From: Octopus vulgaris
Lineage: Eukaryota
Direction: 5' to 3'
Assembly (NCBI GenBank): GCA_951406725.2
Contig: OX597817.1
Span: forward strand, 101,308,001 to 101,372,000
Length of the DNA stretch: 64,000 bases
Below are positions 1 to 11,968 of the stretch, one piece after another. The position numbers were made by a program, and so were the translations under genes. The first letter of the stretch is position 1. Every line of letters starts with the position of its first letter. Below the pieces are notes generated by a model. It made no database searches, was not told the origin of the DNA, and saw nothing but the letters and a program-made list of their open reading frames with translations.

Positions 1-160
1 GATATATTTAAAGAAAAACCATCTGAAATACAAAGAAGGAAAAAACAAAATATATACACAAACGTATCTCTTTAACTTGAAAAGAAGTCCAAAGTCTTCC
101 ACTGCCTTAGAAATACCCATCTCTTTGGAAAAACTAGATAAGTATCTGTATATATATATA

Positions 161-1217
161 CAGTTTGTCTACCTGGGAAGCACTATTAATAGATATGGCA
201 ATGTGGATGATGAAATTCCATATAGAATTAGGAAAGCAAGTGTTGCTTTCGGAAGGCTAGAAAAGCGCCTCTGGAGTCGGCGAGACATATGCAGAAAGAC
301 AAAGATAAAGGTGTACAAGGCATGTGTGCTCCCTTCTCTTCTCTATGCCTGCGAGACGTCGGTCACATATCGATACCACCTTAAACAACTGGAACGTTTC
401 CATCAGATGTGCCTCAGACGGATCTATGGCATTAAGTGGAAGGACCGCATCAGTGATCTTGAAATACTCGAAGGCTCTCGGTGTGAAAGTATAGAAGCTC
501 TTGTGTTAAAGCAAGGGCTCAGATGGAGTGGTCATCTGGTCAGAATGAAGGATTCAAGGATGCCAAAACAACTCTTTTATGGAGAGTTAGCTAAAGGAGA
601 ACGACCTCCACATAAACCAAAAAAGAGGTATAAGGACTTGCAGAAGGCTTCCTTAAGAGATGCTTGCATCTCTCCTGACACATGGGAAGGCATAGCTATT
701 GATCGTAGCAGGTGGAGAAGGATTGTGCATGAGGGGACAGCCACGTTTGAGAAATCTCGAGTTGCACATGAGAAAGTAAGGAGGGATGTCAGGAAGGGCA
801 TCGCTGTTACACTTCCAGAAGGGAAGGGTCATCCTTTGATTCTGAAATGCAATGTCTGTGCAAGACCCTGCCTCAGTAAAGCTGGACTCATGAGTCATCT
901 TCGTAGTCATAAAACGAGACAGATGAGTGACAACCTGGCCACTGGTGGTGGTGTAACACACCATACTAATCATATCTGTCGGGCATGTGGAAGAGAGTAT
1001 AATTCGGCAGGAGGACTTAAACGACATGCAAAGGTACATGCAGCCCAGTTACAACTACAGCCGGCTATTAACAGTAAAGGTTTTAGTTGCCAATTTTGTA
1101 CAAGACATTGTAGATCTTTAGCTGGGCTAAAAAGTGACATTCGATCACAGCACCAGTAACAGTTAATCTTCGTGAAATGGCCATACTCGATAACGAGGGG
1201 GCAGCCATAATAATAAT
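161..1217 (+). mobile_element. 5'-truncated RTE-clade LINE (RT thumb/C-terminus with three C2H2-like fingers, short 3' UTR, (TAA)n tail)
   Basis: ORF 77..1159 reads QFVYLGS, RIRKASVAFGRL, TKIKVYKACVLPSLLYACET, LRWSGHLVRM, RMPKQLFYGEL, all typical RTE/BovB-like motifs. Homology starts right after a (TA)n run at ~161, and the element ends in ATAATAATAAT. Confidence 0.85.
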
Positions 1218-1494
1218 GTATGTATGTATGTATGTATCTATTATGAATGCGTGCATGTATGTATGTGCCTATGCGTATGTATTCATGCGTATGATACAAT
1301 GTCTTAGATACATACATGCAAATATAAACTTACCTATACATATGTACAAGCACACACAATCATATAAATATGTATACAAACACATATATACGTATAATAT
1401 TACGGTATACACACATATATGTTTATCAATCTACATATATACGTATCTCTATTTTCACAGACAACGATTAAACGCAAAACTTTTCTTTTTTCTT

Positions 1495-2110
1495 TTTTTG
1501 CCCAACAGCAAGCATTAAGAACGAATTACATCAAATACAGATCAGACAACACATCAGAAAGTGAAAAGTGCAGAATTTGTGGACAAAATGGTGAAAACGT
1601 ATGGCATACTACCAGAAAGAATATAACAGACATCATGACAATATGGCAAAGATTATCCTTTGGACACTTTGCAACAAGTATGGACTTGACAGAGCACAAA
1701 AGTAGTACGAACATAAACCCGAAGGCATCATCGAAAATGAAAATGCGAAGAGCCTATGGGATTTTATGATTCGATGCAACCATAAGATAGAGAATAGGAA
1801 ACCAGACATAGTGTTAATTGAGAAAGAAAGCAAACGATAGAAAAGTCAATAGATATAACAGGTTAGCTTGGGAGATTAAGCAATTGTGGTCGCTGAAAAA
1901 GGTGGTAGTAGTACCAATAATTGTCGGAGCCATGGGAACAGTGAGTAAAAATATTGAGAAGTGCATGGAATGCATAGGGGCTGCAATAAGTGTGGAGTAC
2001 TTGCAGTAAACAGCATTGCTTGGAACCGCTTGAATACTCCGGATGGTGCTCGAAAAATAAGGGGTGTTACCTTAGTTCACAGCTGACACCGTAGCACATC
2101 TCCAGCGTAG
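1495..2110 (+). mobile_element. Decayed 3' fragment of R4/Dong-clade RLE LINE (related to the element at 55523-58945)
   Basis: Frameshifted fragments AQQQALRTNYIK, CRICGQNGENVWH, RKPDIVLIEK, VVPIIVGAMG, TALLGTA..LRMVLEK, matching the zinc knuckle and restriction-like endonuclease end. Confidence 0.8.
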
Positions 2111-2149
2111 GATATTGTTCTCTTCACTTTTCAGTACTAAGTTAACGTA

Positions 2150-4560
2150 TTAATTGTTGCTGTTGTTCATTAACAAGTACTGGCCGAAAGAAATTATAGG
2201 ACACTCGAAGGCTGTTTGCACTGACCTCAAGTCACTATCTCCTTTACCTCTTTTTAGGTAGAGACTGTCGATATCATTATTTCTGTGGAGATTACCACTT
2301 GATATCAGTATCTTGTGGGTTTTAACGTCTGTGGAGTTTTTTTCGTCTAGGGTCCAATCAAGTATCCAAAATGTTGGAAGCAGCACTGGCGCTGCATATG
2401 CATTGTGGTATATTGTCTTACCGTAAGAGGAAAATTCCGACTGCCATATTTTCCATAGTCTGGCATGATATTTTCGGGTTTCTCTATCTTTATTTATAGT
2501 ACCTCCGTATGATATGTTTTCCTCAATGCTTAGTTATTCGAAGCATTCTTTGTGTGGGTCAGGAAAGATTGTGATACCATTGATGCAGGTTTTGGGTCGT
2601 GGCGACTGATTTTGTCCTGTTCAACAATCAAATATGAACACTTATTTTGGCCGAATTCCGTTCTTATGTTAGCTGAAAATGTTATTAATTCCAGCCGTTT
2701 TTTGGTATTGTTAATAATTTTAGCATAAATCTTGCGGTCATTCTACAGAGAAATTATGGGTTATTTTAACATTACTGACAGTTGCAGACACCAGCATATA
2801 GCCTTTTGATTTTTGTAGCAGGAATGATAATGGATTTAATGCGAAAATGAACCTAACGACTAAGTGACTATCTCGTTGGAATATTCCCTTTGAAATATTT
2901 ATAACATTGGAAGCTATCGTTCCACGATGTTTTAAGTGTAAAACTTGTTGCTCAGGTCTTTGTGATTCTCTCAATGGCAGCAATTAAGAGAAGCACTTTT
3001 GTCAAATGGAGACACTTCAGTAGCCATGAGTGAGAAATAGAGTCAAATGCCTTCCTATAATCAAGACATACTGTTGCTCTTACGATGTTGCTTTTTTTTT
3101 ACTTCAGACAATACAGTTTTGTTTATCAAAAGGTGTTTGGCACATCCCCACTCTCTCCCTCTTTTCCACCGGGCGGTTCATCAGTCACTATGTTGTTGGA
3201 CTCAGAATGATCCTGGAGGAATTGGTTGAGACAACTTGCGTACATTTTGTACATAATAGTTAAGCAAGCAATTGACCTGTACTTTTCAGCCAACTCGGTG
3301 ATTTTATTCTTGGTTACAAGATTTGGCCGTGGCAAGCCAATTTGTTATGCCAATCAGATTTTCCATAGTGCTTTTGAATATACTCCTTAGTGGTTTTCTG
3401 CAAAATGTCAACCTCTTATACCAGTATTCAATTATGAAGTCCCTTCCAGGTGCATTCGCATTATGCAATTTGCCTACAGCTACGGTAAATGTTTCCGGGT
3501 CAATTGCATATCTTACTGTTGTTGTTCGTATCCATTCCTTATTGTATTTAGCTACGATGCATTAAGGTTGAAATCCCTCTTTTCGTTCCAGATTTTCAAC
3601 CAGAATGATTCAAGGTCTTCCTGAGAGAGAACTTTCTAAGCGGTAATATTTTCCTCCTGCATCTCTCTATAAAGTCTGTGGTTTAGAAGCAAACATGTGA
3701 TTTATACAGGCTTGTTGAAAGATTTGCCTGCAGTGACAAAGATTTTCCTTTAGCTCCCTGAGTTCGTGCTTTAGAATAATTCCCCTAAGAGGGAATCACA
3801 ATAGAGTTTTGTTAATTTATTCATAAAATGTAATTGATGAGGTATAAGCTCATTATCCCCCTTATATTTTATTATTGTGGTTAACCATCCAATATAGCGT
3901 TACAAATTATTGATTTTTTTTTTCAAAGATTTGGTTTCCATCTACGTTGCTCCCGTTTCGTAGTTTCATGGGGTCATGTGATGTTAATAACTGGAATATT
4001 AATACCCTCATATACACAGCTGCTATCACTCTTAAAGAAGACCTAGAAATATGCAGGATACATAGCATTGATAACTTTTGACATTAGAGCTGTTGGATTT
4101 TTCCTTAATCTTCTTAATCTTTCCTTAATCTTCTTAATCGTCTTACCATTTAACGATAGTTTCGAAAAAGTAAGAAAAGTTTTCTACGAACTGTAGTTTC
4201 AGGATATTTCTAATTTGAATATGTTCCATAGTTGTTTCTCTTGACTCAGCTACATTTTGGAGAAACACGAGAATTTAGTGATGGCTGTAGTAGCGGTTTG
4301 TTTACGTTGTTTTCGATATCATTTCTGGCAGGTTTTAGCTAGTTCTCAGTGTTTTGAGATGATCGAATTACATCGCTAGAGCAAGACATTTTTTTTAAAA
4401 AAGAAAGCTGTTTGTTGCCGAAGTTGCTTCGCATTAAGGCGATTAAGTTGGGATGAGATTCGTCCCAGTATATATATTTATACGCTTCGTATACCCTACC
4501 ACATTGTACCCAGACTGGCTAATTCAGGGGAAAAAAATCATATCTCGGGTTAAAATAATC
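2150..4560 (-). mobile_element. Heavily decayed R4/Dong-clade LINE (related to the 47065-49148 family)
   Basis: Fragments GYTKRINIYWDESHP (~4500), YRSIACLTIMYK (~3270), KGIFQRDS..FALNPLSFLL (~2850), DIDSLYLKRGKG..SVQTAFEC (~2250). Many stops and frameshifts. Confidence 0.7.
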
Positions 4561-6040
4561 ACCTGTTAGTGGTCGAATGCTCGTTTGAACCACAATTTTA
4601 AGGGCTATCAGCTGAAACCAAAGCTGCTTGTTTTTTCTTTGTTTATTGGAGTCTGGGTTCGAATAACCAGATCAGGGCATATCGACCAAAATTGCCTTTT
4701 CGATATATTGCAGTTAAAAGCGATTATATGCAAGATTTCGCCAGCTTTCAATCAAGGATAACATCCGTGACACCTTCAGAAGAATGTCCATCATATCACA
4801 TCCAGCAATTGCTTTCAAACGTCTCAGCACAAGTTGTTCTGTTTGTGGTGAAGTTGGTCACAATGCTCATTCCTCAAAACATAAGAAGGTGTCTGCTTTG
4901 ACAGAAGAACAATCAAGAATCGAATCACTATATTACTAACTGGCCCAATATTCCGCATATTCATTGTTTGGCATTGTTGTTTCAATATTTGTTGTGAATA
5001 ATAAGTGATCACTTTTCACAATTTAGTGTAAATGATTCTGATTTTAAGGGCTAACATTTTATGTAAACTGTGGGGGGAAAATCAGTTCCAAGGGACTGCT
5101 TGAACATATCTTATACAGTCACACTGTATTCCTATTTGTCGTATGTAATCTCCATTGAAGCCATAGCATTTAATAACAGAAATTCTTTGATGCGAAAATG
5201 AAGAATTCTGTTACGATACATAATTTTCCCAAATTTAAATCCACACTTTCTTCTTCTGGAAGTTTAATGTATATTCTGCAGTTAAGGTGGCTATACGTTT
5301 TGAATGCTGCACTTGCATTTTTAGCAGTTAATTTGGCTCTGATTATGTTTTTATAACCAACCCATAATTTAACAAATGCAAAAGTTGAACGAAGACAAAC
5401 TTTTCGTGAATTTAAACAACCATAATGTACTTGTTATGTTTCGGAACAGTCGTATATTTACTAGTGGTGGTAGAGGTTTTCTTTACTTTTAAAAATGGCG
5501 ACAGTTGCTTCTTTGTTGTAGATTGTCGTGATAAATGTAGAAGAGGCTGTGACATTGCTCTCTGCTTCTCTGTGTATTTTACTATTCATAAGAGTGATTT
5601 TATAGTAAAGTAGTTCTGCTTCATTAATTCTTTAGCTCTTTTTGATAAAATGGATACAATTATACAAATTCTTACTTAATTACACTGTATTGAACTTTTG
5701 TATGTTTTAAATCGTTAGAACTAAGTAACAATATATAGCTTGAGTCTCTTGTTTTAAAGTAGGTGTTTTAAAACTGGTTTCGATGTACACGTCTTTACAA
5801 ATGAATAAAACATCTAAAGTGTAGTTGCTTTTTACGACACTCCGTCGTAAAACGAATGATATTTATATTATTATGAAGCGTTTTTGAAATAATTTAGTTA
5901 ATCGAGACAACATGTATTATTTCTAGTTAGTAATAGATATTTATGAAAGTTAAGTCATACCTTAGTCCGAATTTTTAATATATTCGCGTTTTTGCATAAG
6001 CTATGGCCAAGTTTGTATAAGATGGGGCATTTGTTGGGTT

Positions 6041-6131
6041 TTATCTTTTACTTGTTTCAGTCGTAGTGGGAGTAAGTCCGGGATCATGTGGTTGGGAAGC
6101 AAGTTTCTTACCACACACCCACGCCTGCGCC
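6041..6131 (-). mobile_element. Internally deleted tRNA-derived SINE (family of 18821-19164)
   Basis: Minus strand GGCGCAGGCGTGGGTGTGTGGTAAGAAACTTGCTTCCCAACC head joined directly to the GACTGAAACAAGTAAAAGA tail. Confidence 0.65.
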
Positions 6132-6279
6132 TTTTGGATATTATTTCTAAATAAGGCCATTGAAATATAAATAATCACTCTCACACACACACAAAAACAC
6201 ACACACAAAAACACAAACACACACACACACACACACACACTTATGCAAATGGATATATGTTAGTTTCCGCAATCAGTAT

Positions 6280-6625
6280 TTAGTCGTTCGCTCAACGGAC
6301 ACAATCCGTATTCAGTTGTTCGCTGAACCGAGCTACCTACTCGTTGAATTAGTATGCAATCGGGCCAGCATTTCCTTTCCCAGGTACTATGACCTGACAA
6401 AATTCTCACGCCTAATCAGAGTCAAAGAATGTGTGACATGGCTGATTCTTCGAAATACAGATACTATTCATCCGGCTGGCTTCTGCACAATTTCTGCCTA
6501 TACATTTGCACTTACAAGCCTTGGATTGACCTGAAAATAGGACAGATTACACTTAATAAAAATGAAATGAGATGGAACCCCGGATCTCGTTACTGCAAAG
6601 CGAACTTCTTTGCCATTCGGCGTAG
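6280..6625 (-). mobile_element. Degenerate tRNA-derived SINE
   Basis: tRNA-like head CGCCGAATGGCAAAGAAGTTCGCTTTGCAG...GGGTTCCATC on the minus strand; ~340 bp body. Confidence 0.4.
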
Positions 6626-6901
6626 ATAAGAAAATAAATTAATAGAAAATAAATTAAATATCTTTCTTTATTGTCATTTTTCTGACATGCTATCTTTTTC
6701 CCATTTTCCCCCCACCTCTGAGCACTTCATCATATGTTGCGATCATTTATACTGCTCTTCGCATCCTGTCTGACAATTAGAAAGGTGAATTTTGTATAAA
6801 CAAATATGATGAGACGTCTGAAAAAATATAAATTGCATGCTCCTTTCAGTACTTAGTAGTGTATTAAGTTTAATATGCCCTCATACATACATACTTATAC
6901 A

Positions 6902-6964
<63 letters not shown>

Positions 6965-7364
6965 CAATGATATAAACATATCAAAACAAGGAATGAGTAG
7001 ATATAATGGATACTACATGGCTTAGTATCTTAATTTTTCGTCCGCTTATTCTGTATAACATATAAACGATATGTATGTGCGTGTGTCTTTATATATACAT
7101 GTGTGTGTGTGTGTGGATGGGTGGGTGTGTTTATACAGAATTTGTTTGGGGGTTTGAAAATGCACGTGAATCTCAAAACGTGTAGTCGTTTTTGAATTTT
7201 GTAACAGATTTATTCAGATGTCAAACTGGTTTTAACAATTTTTACTTATCAATGATACTTATAAATTAATAAATTAGGAGCTATTTAACTGAAGACCCGT
7301 GAAAATTGGATATTTTCCAACCCTTTGAAGGAAATTGTATTTTTCCTTGGATATATATATATAT

Positions 7365-7552
7365 AGGGAGAATTCACAAAAAGAACAAAAGATGAAGACA
7401 GGTGGTGTAGACAACAAACAGATGTATTAGTATAACGCTCGGAAAGTGAAAAGGTCTTTAACGTTTCGAGCCTACGCTCTTCCACAAAAAGGAACACAGA
7501 AAGATACAAGGAAAGAAAATAAAGAATGTGTAGTGGCTAGCAATCTATCATA
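7365..7552 (-). mobile_element. Penelope-like terminal (pLTR) remnant with divergent hammerhead-like motif, abutting (TA)n
   Basis: Minus strand TGTGGAA-GAGC-GTAG-GCTC-GAAACGTT-AAAGA at 7453-7492; similar to the remnant at ~23700-23840. Confidence 0.5.
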
Positions 7553-7689
7553 TGTAATGTACTGAACCGTGATAGAAAATTCGACAAAATCTGGACTTCG
7601 TTATATGTGGTTCGCGCTTGAAGAATATGTTTGAGTTCTCTCAACATATGAAACTATTAGGAGCGCTTTAATACATGTATTGTGACCTT

Positions 7690-7692
<3 letters not shown>

Positions 7693-7753
<61 letters not shown>

Positions 7754-7791
7754 TGATGATGATGATGATGATAATGATGATGATGATGATG

Positions 7792-7840
<49 letters not shown>

Positions 7841-7875
7841 TAATAATAATAATAATAATAATAATGATAATAATG

Positions 7876-7949
<74 letters not shown>
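7693..7949. repeat. (TAA)n/(TGA)n compound microsatellite, start of the nested array
   Basis: Directly visible trinucleotide repeat. Confidence 0.98.
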
Positions 7950-7950
<1 letters not shown>

Positions 7951-8502
7951 CCCTGATGCAGTACCAGGCAGTGGCTCTCATGGCTTCTGATCTTAACTGA
8001 TTGGAAGTGTTATCATGTACATTGTTTTGTCTTGGTATAAAAGATGGGCTAAACAAATATTCTGCTCAATACCACAGATTTGCTTGTCAGTTGTTTGACC
8101 TTAATCAGTTGAGCATGTCCCTTAGTGGCTGACGATATGTGCATCTCTGATCACGAGCAGAAGTAGTGGGGGAACATCATAGCCATGTGTTGAGAGGGAT
8201 TCTTTGGGGTTTGAATAATTCACCTCTGGGAACATGGGTGGTTCTTTCAACATACTTAAACAACCCTTATTCAGGGACCTTTTGAGCGGGATGGGCTACT
8301 CGACCTGAAGAAAATTCTAACTGGGCCCCACCTGCAAGGTCATGCGCTGTTTATCTTGATATGAGATCACCATGTCGCGCACATATGGTTGTGATGCATG
8401 TGCCTGGTGTACCTTTATCAGACGGGTAGTCATGATGGGTATATTGGGCTTCGTATATTTTACCCCAGTGTCACTTTGATGGCATGAACTGCTATCTCAC
8501 TC
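7950..8502 (+). mobile_element. 553-bp non-coding interspersed element, copy 1 (TAA-flanked; candidate Dong-dependent SINE)
   Basis: Runs GCCCTGATGCAGTACC...CTATCTCACTC. Four near-identical copies with identical ends, each bounded by (TAA)n. Strand is inferred from the adjacent LINEs. Confidence 0.9.
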
Positions 8503-8548
<46 letters not shown>

Positions 8549-9091
8549 GAGCTCCGGGCTGAATAACAACATGGATGTTCCCTGGGAGCCTCTCTCCAAA
8601 AAACGAATTTAATCCAACAACATCGTTGCAATGGAAGAAAGGTTCCACAAAATATCTTTTCCAAACTTTCTTTTAAGGCAAAGTAACTAAAAAGTCCGAA
8701 CTATTATTGCCATATATAGTATGGTTTTCTTTCTTTTATGCATAATAATTCCATGTGACATGCATAAGAAATAGAAGCGAACATCAGAGCTCTTGAAAGA
8801 CAGTAAGTACATAAATTGATTAATTAATTAATTAATTAAATAAGTATACATGCAACTGTTTATGCATACACGTAGACATTTTAATTGTAAAGTATACATG
8901 CAACTGTTTGTGCATACATGTACACATTTTAATTATAAAGCATAAATAATGCTTACACGCGCTCACACGTACACACAGAAAGAAAAACCACGTTACGCGG
9001 ACGAAAACAAAACAAAAACAAAGCGATTTTTCACGAACAAACGCAAAAAAGAGCAAATTGGTCACTGAATTTAGAAAGTCACTGAACAGTT

Positions 9092-11968
9092 ATGCCCGGA
9101 AACATGACTACCAAAATAAATAGAGGCGAATTTCGATCTGTAAGTCTTATGCGAGTTCGATATGAACAATATATTAATTCGGAGAATTCAGAAGCGGTGT
9201 CTTGTCAAAAAATTGACCCTGTACAAACACTCCCTTCTCCTAACGACACCGTCACAGAGGCGGCGTCTTGTCAAAAAGTTGACTCTGAAAAAATGGACCC
9301 CTCTGATGTCGCCGTCAATCATTTAATGAAAACAAGCCAAAAATCATGCCGGATCGGTCATCGCCCGGGACAACAAGGACCGCGTTACCCAGTAGGGAAC
9401 CAGACTGGTGTCGAAAAGTTTGCTGCTGGAACAAACTCTCAAAAAGACGATCTACCAGGTGACCAGAACCAGAATACTTCTAACTCTGGACTTGTAGTGA
9501 CACCACCAAAAACACCACCTAAAGCAAAACGTATAAAATGGACCAGAGAGGACTATAGAGATGTGTTGAAAGCTTTTTATACAGCCCAACTAAACCCAAA
9601 TAGTAACCTCAGTGTACAAACATACATCTCATGGAGAAATTCAGTAGGCAATGACGTACGTAGATATATAGACGCAAATAAATTAAGTAATGTACGCAGA
9701 GATATAATTAAAAACAAAAGACTAACTGACGCTGAAATTGACAAAATTAGGACACTGATAGCTCATGGTAGACCAAAAGAAAACAGCAACAATGTAGACG
9801 AAATAGGTAACAGTAGCACAGAAGCCAGTGTACAAGTGGCAAATCAACTTCCCAATGGGGAAGTTAAACAAAGAATAGCGAAGACGAGAGATTTGAAAAA
9901 AGAGGAGAACGTAGACCTTCCTCAAGAAAACCAAAATAGATATGACATAGAATTTGAGGTGAATAATAGAGAAAAGATTATGGAAGCAAAAGTGGACATT
10001 ATGAGAGAACTCGGCAAGATTGAGCTCACTGACATGGTTAATAGAGAACCACTACCAAAGTTTTCAAATGGCACAAGAAATAACAACACAATCATGACAT
10101 ATAACGTTGCCCTAGGACAGATCTTAAGAAATAAGGGGAATGATTTGACAACCTTAAATAATCTCATTTATTCCACTGCTAAAGTAGTAACTACCCAACT
10201 AGGTACTAAGATGACAAAGAAAAAGGCCAGGCATGTCAATGAACCTCCTAAGTGGAAAGTAGCGATACAAAAAGAGATTGAATCTCTGCGGGCGGATGTT
10301 TCAGTTCTCGATGAGCTTGCTAGAGGAGTGAATATTAAGCCTAGAAAAGCTAGAAAAATCAAGCAAAAATATAAAATCAAAGATCTCATAAACCCCCCTG
10401 CAACTAAGGAACTGTTGAAACAACGCATACAGTTGAAAGCTCAACGGCTTAGAAGGTATGACAAAAGAAACAAATTTTATCGACGAAATAAATTTTTTAA
10501 GACAGATGCAAAGAAATTTTATAGGGAAATTGGCAAAAATAAAATACACATAGAAGATCCCCCTAAGATTGAGGAAGTGGAGGAGTTCTGGAAGAAGGTA
10601 TGGAGCAACGAAAAAGAGTTTAATGCTGAGGCTGACTGGATAGAACGTGAGAAAGAGAGACTGGATGAACTTGAAGAACAGAAATGGGAAGCAATAGGAA
10701 TAGAGGAGCTAAGGTGTGTCCTTAGGAAGGCTCATAAATGGAAAACCCCAGGACTGGATCGGATCCCTAACTTCTGGCTGAATTGTTTGACAGAGGTACA
10801 CGAACATCTCGCTGCATCTCTGTCTGATGTCATTCAGAACCCAGAGCAAATACCTGCTTGGCTGACTGAAGGAACCACCTACCTATTACCTAAAACCGAA
10901 GACACAAAAAACCCAAAGAATTACCGGCCAATAACATGTCTCAACACCACCTACAAAATCCTCACATCCATAATAACGGAGAGAATGTACGCTTTCCTTG
11001 AACAAAATTCTATCCTTCCACAAGCTCAAAAAGGTTGTAAAAGAAACTCTTATGGGTGCAAAGACCAATTGCTCATAAACAAAATGATTGTAGAGAATTG
11101 CCGGAGCAAAAACAAAAACCTGAGTATGGCATGGATAGACTACAGGAAAGCGTATGACAGTGTCCCACATAAATGGATACTCAAGGCCCTTCAGATATAC
11201 AAGATCTCTCCTGTCGTCTCAAAATTCTTAGAGAATAGCATGACCATGTGGAACACACGTCTCTTTCTAAGCCATAGTAATGGGATGAGCCAGTCCAACA
11301 GCATCAACATCAAACGAGGCATCTTTCAAGGTGACTCCCTCTCTCCATTACTTTTTTGCATGGCACTGATCCCACTCTCAAACGAATTGGATAGTACTAG
11401 ATATGGGTACAAAGTTTTTAGTAAATTAATAAACCATCTTTTCTATATGGACGACCTAAAGCTGTTTGCCAGGAATGACCAAGAGCTAGAAGGGCTGCTA
11501 ACAACTGTTAAAGAATTTAGCAATGATATCGGAATGGATTTTGGCCTTGATAAGTGTGCTAAAGCAACTTTTGTAAGAGGCAAGCTCAGGCAAACAGCTT
11601 CTGTTAAATTAGATATTGACACTACCATCAAGGAACTTGACCCACAGGAAAGTTACAAATACCTAGGAATCAACGAAGGAGATGGTATACATCATGCTAC
11701 TATGAAGGAAAAAATAAGAAAGGAATACTATAGGAGAATAAGGCTTGTACTGAAGACTGAACTCAACTCCAAAAATTGCATTGAGGCCATTAACACCCTG
11801 GCACTTCCAGTAGTCCAGTACAGTTTTAATATCATTAACTGGAACCTTACGGAACTCCAACGCTTAGACAGGAAGACAAGAAAGTTACTGACATCCAAGA
11901 GCATGCACCACCCTAAGGCAGATGTAGACCGCTTGTACCTACCTAGAAGCAGCGGGGGAGAGGAATGA
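9092..11968 (+). CDS. R4/Dong ORF, N-terminal region and reverse transcriptase
   Basis: RIKWTREDY N-terminal motif, WKTPGLDRI, NYRPITCL, AWIDYRKAYDSV, GIFQGDSLSPLLF, YMDD, YKYLG, HHPKADVDRLYL. Confidence 0.92.
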   Translation: MPGNMTTKINRGEFRSVSLMRVRYEQYINSENSEAVSCQKIDPVQTLPSPNDTVTEAASCQKVDSEKMDPSDVAVNHLMKTSQKSCRIGHRPGQQGPRYPVGNQTGVEKFAAGTNSQKDDLPGDQNQNTSNSGLVVTPPKTPPKAKRIKWTREDYRDVLKAFYTAQLNPNSNLSVQTYISWRNSVGNDVRRYIDANKLSNVRRDIIKNKRLTDAEIDKIRTLIAHGRPKENSNNVDEIGNSSTEASVQVANQLPNGEVKQRIAKTRDLKKEENVDLPQENQNRYDIEFEVNNREKIMEAKVDIMRELGKIELTDMVNREPLPKFSNGTRNNNTIMTYNVALGQILRNKGNDLTTLNNLIYSTAKVVTTQLGTKMTKKKARHVNEPPKWKVAIQKEIESLRADVSVLDELARGVNIKPRKARKIKQKYKIKDLINPPATKELLKQRIQLKAQRLRRYDKRNKFYRRNKFFKTDAKKFYREIGKNKIHIEDPPKIEEVEEFWKKVWSNEKEFNAEADWIEREKERLDELEEQKWEAIGIEELRCVLRKAHKWKTPGLDRIPNFWLNCLTEVHEHLAASLSDVIQNPEQIPAWLTEGTTYLLPKTEDTKNPKNYRPITCLNTTYKILTSIITERMYAFLEQNSILPQAQKGCKRNSYGCKDQLLINKMIVENCRSKNKNLSMAWIDYRKAYDSVPHKWILKALQIYKISPVVSKFLENSMTMWNTRLFLSHSNGMSQSNSINIKRGIFQGDSLSPLLFCMALIPLSNELDSTRYGYKVFSKLINHLFYMDDLKLFARNDQELEGLLTTVKEFSNDIGMDFGLDKCAKATFVRGKLRQTASVKLDIDTTIKELDPQESYKYLGINEGDGIHHATMKEKIRKEYYRRIRLVLKTELNSKNCIEAINTLALPVVQYSFNIINWNLTELQRLDRKTRKLLTSKSMHHPKADVDRLYLPRSSGGEE

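Noticed and set aside
4690-5760. Possible PHD/CCCH-like remnants (KSSIQC..IHF) upstream of the minus-strand R4 element
   Set aside because: Too degraded; the motif needs several frameshifts and cannot be supported by eye.
7150-7310. TTGAAAATG...CAAAACGTGTA and CTGAAGA...GAAA hammerhead-like strings (also ~28580 and ~34980)
   Set aside because: The helices cannot be completed; at best these are eroded relics.
7601-8056. Poly-N, poly-L and poly-I ORFs, and similar YI, CV, MYVC and poly-E ORFs throughout
   Set aside because: They are translations of (TAA)n, (TA)n, (TG)n, (TATG)n and (GAA)n microsatellites.
7950-8160. Hammerhead cores CTGATGC and CTGACGA in the 553-bp element
   Set aside because: No properly placed stem II plus GAAA and NUH.
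8549-8640. HDV-like or twister fold at the 5' end of the full-length Dong
   Set aside because: GAGCTCC/GGAGCCT and TGGAT/ATCCA can pair, but there is no room for P3-L3 and no P1.1 GG.
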